In this document: positions 60,400 through 64,000 of the stretch, piece after piece
Layout: every line of letters begins with the position of its first letter
Numbering within the stretch: position 1 is the first letter of the stretch
Origin: an uncultured Chloroflexia bacterium
GTDB lineage: Bacteria > Chloroflexota > Limnocylindria > Limnocylindrales > CSP1-4
Assembly (NCBI GenBank): GCA_963765245.1
Contig: CAVXVP010000006.1
Coordinates: forward strand, 124,093 to 188,092
Reading direction: 5' to 3'
DNA length: 64,000 bases
The notes under the pieces: model-generated
Database searches by the model: none
Told to the model about the DNA's origin: nothing
The model's input: only the letters and a program-made list of their open reading frames with translations
Position numbers and translations under genes: made by a program

Positions 60400-60921
60400 A
60401 TGTCCGAATCCATCGAGAACGCACCGCCCCAGAAGGCGCCGCCGTCGGTCCCGCGCTGGCTCGTCCGCACCATCTGGATCGGGCATCGCGCCCTCTACTC
60501 GATCACCGGCGGCCGCGTCGGGCTTCGCGGCTACACCGCGACGCAGTGGGGGATGCTCCGACTCAAGACCGTCGGGCGCCAGACCGGCAAGGAGCGAGTC
60601 GCGATCGTCGGCTACATCGAGGACGGGGTCAACCTGGTCACGCCGGCCATGAACGGCTGGGCGGAACCCGAGCCGGCCTGGTGGCTCAACCTCCAGGCGA
60701 ATCCCGAGGCCGTCGTCGAGCTTCGCGGCGAGTCGCGTCGAGTCGTCGCGCGCGCCGCGGTCGGCGACGAGCGCCGGCGGCTCTGGGAGATGTACCTCGC
60801 GCTAGGCTCGACGGCCTTCACCGACGCCAGTGCCGCACTCCGATCCCGGGAGACGGCGCTCGTCATCTTCGAGCCGGCGGGGGAGTGGGCGCTCCCGTCC
60901 GCGGCCCCTGTCCCGAGTTGA
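60400..60921 (+). CDS. nitroreductase-family deazaflavin (F420H2)-dependent oxidoreductase (Ddn/DUF385-like), intact
   Basis: ...WLVRTIWIGHRALYSITGGRVGLRGYTATQWGMLRLKTVGRQTGKERVAIVGYIEDGVNLVTPAMNGWAEPEPAWWLNLQANPEAVVELRGESRRVVARAAVGDERRRLWEMY... Confidence 0.75.
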   Translation: MSESIENAPPQKAPPSVPRWLVRTIWIGHRALYSITGGRVGLRGYTATQWGMLRLKTVGRQTGKERVAIVGYIEDGVNLVTPAMNGWAEPEPAWWLNLQANPEAVVELRGESRRVVARAAVGDERRRLWEMYLALGSTAFTDASAALRSRETALVIFEPAGEWALPSAAPVPS

Positions 60922-61080
60922 TGCTTGATTTGAGGCGCTCGGCGGCACCTCCGTCTTTGATGCTAATGGGCGGCATAAACCCTGGATGAAGTCTGGTGGC
61001 CTCCGACGCGATCACCTTTGATGCCGCCCATTGGCATCACAAACGAAACCTCGCCTGGACGGCCCAAATCAAGCATCAAG
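60918..61080. repeat. complete compact (163 bp) copy of the nested-IR element
   Basis: GTTGATGCTTGATTT (outer L), TTTGATGCTAATGGGCGGCATAAAC (inner L), about 40 bp core, TTTGATGCCGCCCATTGGCATCAC (inner R), CCCAAATCAAGCATCAAG (outer R). It starts at the stop codon of the Ddn-like gene and ends 63 bp before parD. Confidence 0.6.
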
Positions 61081-61084
61081 ACGG

Positions 61085-61143
61085 CCGCCGGGACAAGGGA
61101 CGGCAAGTTGACAAGTAACCCAGCATACTGGCATGCTGGCGCA
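61085..61143 (+). promoter_or_regulatory. promoter/operator of the ParD-ParE module
   Basis: gTTGACAagtaaCCCAGCATactggcATGCTGGcgca has a -35 TTGACA followed by the 7 bp inverted repeat CCAGCAT/ATGCTGG. Confidence 0.3.
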
Positions 61144-61401
61144 ATGAAAGTGACTATCGACCTCGACGCCGACCGCTACCGCGCCATCAAGGTGGAGGCC
61201 GCTCGGACCGATCGGAGCGTCCGCGACCTCGTGGACGAGGCGCTAGAGGCGTGGCTCGAGGCCAACGAGACGCGGGAGGATCTGGCATCCGCTGAGGAGG
61301 CACTCGCCGAATACCGCCGTGACGGAGGCGAGGCGGCCGATGCCTTCTTCGGAACGCTCGCCGCCGAGACCCGGTCGGCGTACGGTTCAGAAGAGGTGTG
61401 A
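61144..61401 (+). CDS. ribbon-helix-helix antitoxin (ParD/CopG-like)
   Basis: MKVTIDLDADRYRAIKVEAARTDRSVRDLVDEALEAWLEANETREDLASAEEALAEYRR... Confidence 0.7.
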   Translation: MKVTIDLDADRYRAIKVEAARTDRSVRDLVDEALEAWLEANETREDLASAEEALAEYRRDGGEAADAFFGTLAAETRSAYGSEEV

Positions 61402-61682
61402 CGGCCGGCCGATATCGAGTCGAGCTCGCACCAGCCGCCAAGCGTCAGCTTCGACGCCTTCCACCCGGCGATGCGGCGCGACTCCGTGGACCGATTCTGA
61501 CACTCGCGACCACGCCTCGACCGCGTGGCGCGACGAAGCTGGCTGGCAGCAACATCTGGCGACTCCGCGTCGGTGAACTCCGAATCATCTACCTGATCGA
61601 CGACGAAGATCGCCTGGTCGTTGTCTTGAAGGTTGCCCGTCGATCTGAGAGCACCTACCGGCGGATCGAGCCGTCCCTGTAA
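61398..61682 (+). CDS. ParE/RelE-family toxin
   Basis: Overlaps the antitoxin stop (ATGA). ...YRVELAPAAKRQLRRLPPGDAARLRGPILTLATTPRPRGATKLAGSNIWRLRVGELRIIYLIDDEDRLVVVLKVARRSE. Confidence 0.75.
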   Translation: MTAGRYRVELAPAAKRQLRRLPPGDAARLRGPILTLATTPRPRGATKLAGSNIWRLRVGELRIIYLIDDEDRLVVVLKVARRSESTYRRIEPSL

Positions 61683-61705
61683 GGGCACCAGTCTTTTGCG
61701 TGACC

Positions 61706-63094
61706 CTAGCGGGACCGCCGAAGGCCCTCTAGGCGTCGCAATGTCAGCGCGACGTTGAGTCGGCGGCCGGCGTCACCCTCGAGGCCGTGGCCAAGAAGGT
61801 CCTCGGCCCGTTCGAGGCGATAAGCGATCGTCCGGTCGGCGAGATGGAGCCGTCTTGCCGCCTCGCGGCGGTTCCCGCCGGCGTCGAAGAACACCTGGAG
61901 GGTCTCGATCAGTTCGTCGCCCATCCGCGGGTCGGCCAGCAGCGCCCCGAGTTCGCGCTCGACGATGGCGGTCGCGAGGTCTGGGTCGCTCAGGAGCAGC
62001 CGCTCGATCCCGAGCTCGGAGAGGTCATCGATGACGCCGCGGCGGTCGATGCCATCGGCGACCCGGAGGCCTTCCTGGAGATCGGCAAGCGATCGGGCGA
62101 GCGCCGTCACGCCCTCGGCCTGCGTCGCGATCGCGATCCACGACGGAGTCCCGGACCCGAACACCTTTTCCACGGCCGCCTTCAGCCGTTGCCACTCGCG
62201 AGGGTCTGACCCGAGGATCGCGACGATCGCACCGCGCCAGGTCACCGCTAGCGGGACGCGTATCCCGGTGCTCGCGCCGTCGTCCGTGCGGCCGGGCCGA
62301 CGAAGCGACTGGTCGATGCGCCGGGCCATCGTCTCGAGGTCGGCCTCGTCGATGCCGGGCTCCTCCGGCGTCGGATCGGCGTCCGGACCCGGCAGGATGG
62401 CCGCCACTCGGTAGCTCGCGTCCGGCTCGAGGCCGAAGCGCATGGCGAGGCGTCGCAGCCGCGCCGCTCCGCGTCCGTCGGCCGGTACGGCGCCGAGCAG
62501 CTCGTCGATCGCCGCCCGGCGCGCCCCGACGTCGCGGGCGAGCAGCTCACGCTCGGTCGCTCGATAGCCCTCACCGACCGCCAGCGACGACATCTCGGTC
62601 GTCAGCACGAGCCACCGGCCGAGCTCGACGTAGCCCTCGTGGCCAAGGTTCTGTCGCTGGATCTCGGCCGTGCCGAACTCCCAGATCGCCCGACGGATCG
62701 CGGCGTTGAGCCCGAGGAACAGGATCAGCCGCCGACCCTGCGCCGCCGCGATCGAGCCCGACTCGTACTGGAGAGCGAGGACCGTCGCGAGGTCGAGCTT
62801 TCCGGCGTCGACGGCCCGGTTCCCGGCTTCCGCCAGGCCTTCGTAGCTCGATGCCTTGATCCGAGGCCCGAATGGATTGGCCGTCGCATTGCCGGCGGCT
62901 CGCGCGTGAAGGACGGCGATCGCCGCATCGAGATCGTCGATGTCCGCTGTGACGAAGGTGTTCAGGAACATCAGGCGGACGCGAGCCAGCAGCTCGTTCT
63001 CGTCGTCCGCCAGGTCACGAGGGAGCGAGCCGATGACGTCCTGGATGTCCGGCAGGACGACGTTGACGATGTTGCGGGGTGCCGCCGACGTCAT
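61706..63094 (-). CDS. PucR/CdaR-family transcriptional regulator (intact)
   Basis: 462 aa. The C-terminal PucR HTH ...LIETLQVFFDAGGNRREAARRLHLADRTIAYRLERAEDLLG is diagnostic. Confidence 0.75.
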   Translation of the reverse strand: MTSAAPRNIVNVVLPDIQDVIGSLPRDLADDENELLARVRLMFLNTFVTADIDDLDAAIAVLHARAAGNATANPFGPRIKASSYEGLAEAGNRAVDAGKLDLATVLALQYESGSIAAAQGRRLILFLGLNAAIRRAIWEFGTAEIQRQNLGHEGYVELGRWLVLTTEMSSLAVGEGYRATERELLARDVGARRAAIDELLGAVPADGRGAARLRRLAMRFGLEPDASYRVAAILPGPDADPTPEEPGIDEADLETMARRIDQSLRRPGRTDDGASTGIRVPLAVTWRGAIVAILGSDPREWQRLKAAVEKVFGSGTPSWIAIATQAEGVTALARSLADLQEGLRVADGIDRRGVIDDLSELGIERLLLSDPDLATAIVERELGALLADPRMGDELIETLQVFFDAGGNRREAARRLHLADRTIAYRLERAEDLLGHGLEGDAGRRLNVALTLRRLEGLRRSR

Positions 63095-63257
63095 GTGACG
63101 AGTTTACGCCTCGAGCCATGACCTCAGGGTCGCGATTGCCGGATAGCCGCAACCGGTCGCCCGCCGGATTGCAGAGACGAGTGGTGGTTTGCGCAGGTCC
63201 GGCAACCGATGATCGTCTCGCACAACCACATCAGCCTTGGATCGGGTGACCTCCAGC

Positions 63258-63485
63258 TTCGGTCCCAGGCGTGAAGGCGGAGTCGGCGAGGGATCCGGCT
63301 TCGCCTTCACCACCACACAAGCCTGGGACGGGCCGACACCCCCGGCGTCCGGTCACAGGCCCAAGGCGGAGCCGGAGCGATCCGGCTCCGCTCTTCGCCA
63401 CCACATAAGCCTGGGACAGGGCGTCACCCCCGCCGTCCAGTCACAGGCCCAAGAGCGGAGCCGGAGCGATCCGGCTCCGCTCTTG
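63258..63485. repeat. about 2.5 tandem copies of an 88 bp unit, each carrying a perfect 12 bp-stem hairpin
   Basis: Units at 63310-63397 and 63398-63485 (CACCACAyAAGCCTGGGAC...GAGCGGAGCCGGagcgatCCGGCTCCGCTCTT), plus a degenerate partial unit 63258-63309 with the GGCGGAGTCGGcgagggatCCGGCTTCGCC hairpin. Confidence 0.6.
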
Positions 63486-63810
63486 CTTTGTCTCTCGGTG
63501 GCGATCAACTAACGCGCACGATCCCCGGGATGCCGTCGAATCCGCTGTCGAACGAGAGGACCCGATCCGAGGTAACCGCGCTCGATCTCCTCGAGCATTT
63601 GGTCGATGTCGGGCTCAGGCGTCGTCGGCTCCTGTCGATAAGCCGCGTGGATATCCGCAAGTCGAGAGGCAGTATCCGAGCGGGCGCTAGTGGCCTGTCG
63701 AGGTTTCGTCATGTGATGAGCGTAACGCGTCACTCCAGTCGCGCCTCGTTGACGGTCCGTTAACCGACGGCCACTAGGCTCTCGTCCGATCCAAGCTGCA
63801 GGAGGATTCG

Positions 63811-64000
63811 CGTGGCCAATGTCGACCATCTCAAGGGCGTCCCGCTGTTCCAGGGCATGACCGAGCAGTCTCTCGAGGCGGTCGCCGGCCTCGCCAACGA
63901 GATCCGATTCGAGGACGGCCAGGAGGTGACCGTGGAGGGCGAACCGGGCGACTCCTTCTTCGTGATCGTCGATGGTCGGCTGCGCGTGTCGCGCCATGGA
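63811..64000 (+). CDS. cyclic-nucleotide-binding domain protein (Crp/Fnr-like), partial at window end
   Basis: VANVDHLKGVPLFQGMTEQSLEAVAGLANEIRFEDGQEVTVEGEPGDSFFVIVDGRLRVS is the canonical cNMP-binding start. Confidence 0.6.

Noticed and set aside
63258-63485. Possible CRISPR array
   Set aside because: The units are contiguous 88 bp tandem copies without unique spacers, and there are no cas genes. This is not a CRISPR architecture.
63509-63712. 67 aa minus-strand ORF (MTKPRQATSARSDTASRLADIHAAYRQEPT...) between the tandem repeats and the Crp-like gene
   Set aside because: No RBS or domain support, and a longer version overlaps the Crp-like gene. Kept only as a possibility.

Overview
This is a roughly 70% GC window that looks like Actinomycetota on the strength of its F420-dependent enzymes, a PucR regulator and the arg-cluster layout. 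It is mostly housekeeping and catabolic genes with two lower-GC accessory patches and one interspersed repeat family.

The core genes, in order:
- A partial EamA transporter and an ABC-2 exporter pair.
- A lactose/galactoside utilisation block: lacZ (GH2), a GH36 alpha-galactosidase, a small membrane protein, and a divergent sugar ABC uptake operon (binding protein, MalF-like and MalG-like permeases), plus a DeoR regulator and galT.
- argH and adenosine deaminase.
- A GAF histidine kinase.
- An arginine cluster argC-argJ-argB-argR-argG on the minus strand, with argD and argF absent between argB and argR.
- A large zinc-ribbon/adenylate-guanylate cyclase/AAA/TPR protein, an OsmC protein, a fused ABC exporter, trxB and an F420-type luciferase-like oxidoreductase.
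- A cell-surface protein with an S/T-P-rich linker and a NERD plus UvrD-like helicase fusion.
- A phosphorelay cluster: hybrid Cache-PAS histidine kinase, Hpt protein, a receiver with a coiled-coil output, two family-3 binding proteins and a permease.
- A ParA/MinD-like ATPase, a TetR regulator, a Ddn-like F420 nitroreductase, a PucR regulator and a partial Crp-like gene.

The accessory content:
- A 165-640 bp repeat family with roughly 65 bp nested terminal inverted repeats occurs at five loci. One 642 bp copy encloses a frameshifted XRE/HTH gene. Two copies lie immediately adjacent to the DUF2442 and ParD/ParE modules, and two others directly abut the Ddn-like gene stop and the EamA gene start.
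- A lower-GC island at about 39-47 kb carries an HNH remnant, a K+ channel fused to SHOCT, a DUF4236 protein, Phd/RelE, a RelA/SpoT-domain (toxSAS-like) gene with a small partner, and VapBC.
- About 3 kb of that island (44.06-47.05 kb) is bracketed by roughly 320 bp direct repeats that correspond to the 3' end of a vWA/FN3 membrane-protein gene.

Very many genes are interrupted by frameshifts (lacZ, agaA, the sugar ABC genes, cyclase, argG/H/C and others), while some long genes (argJ, argB, PucR, DeoR, TetR) are intact. I cannot tell from the sequence whether these are assembly indels or real gene decay. All coordinates are therefore approximate reconstructions across frames. I saw no rRNA or CRISPR array, and no tRNA was recognisable by eye.
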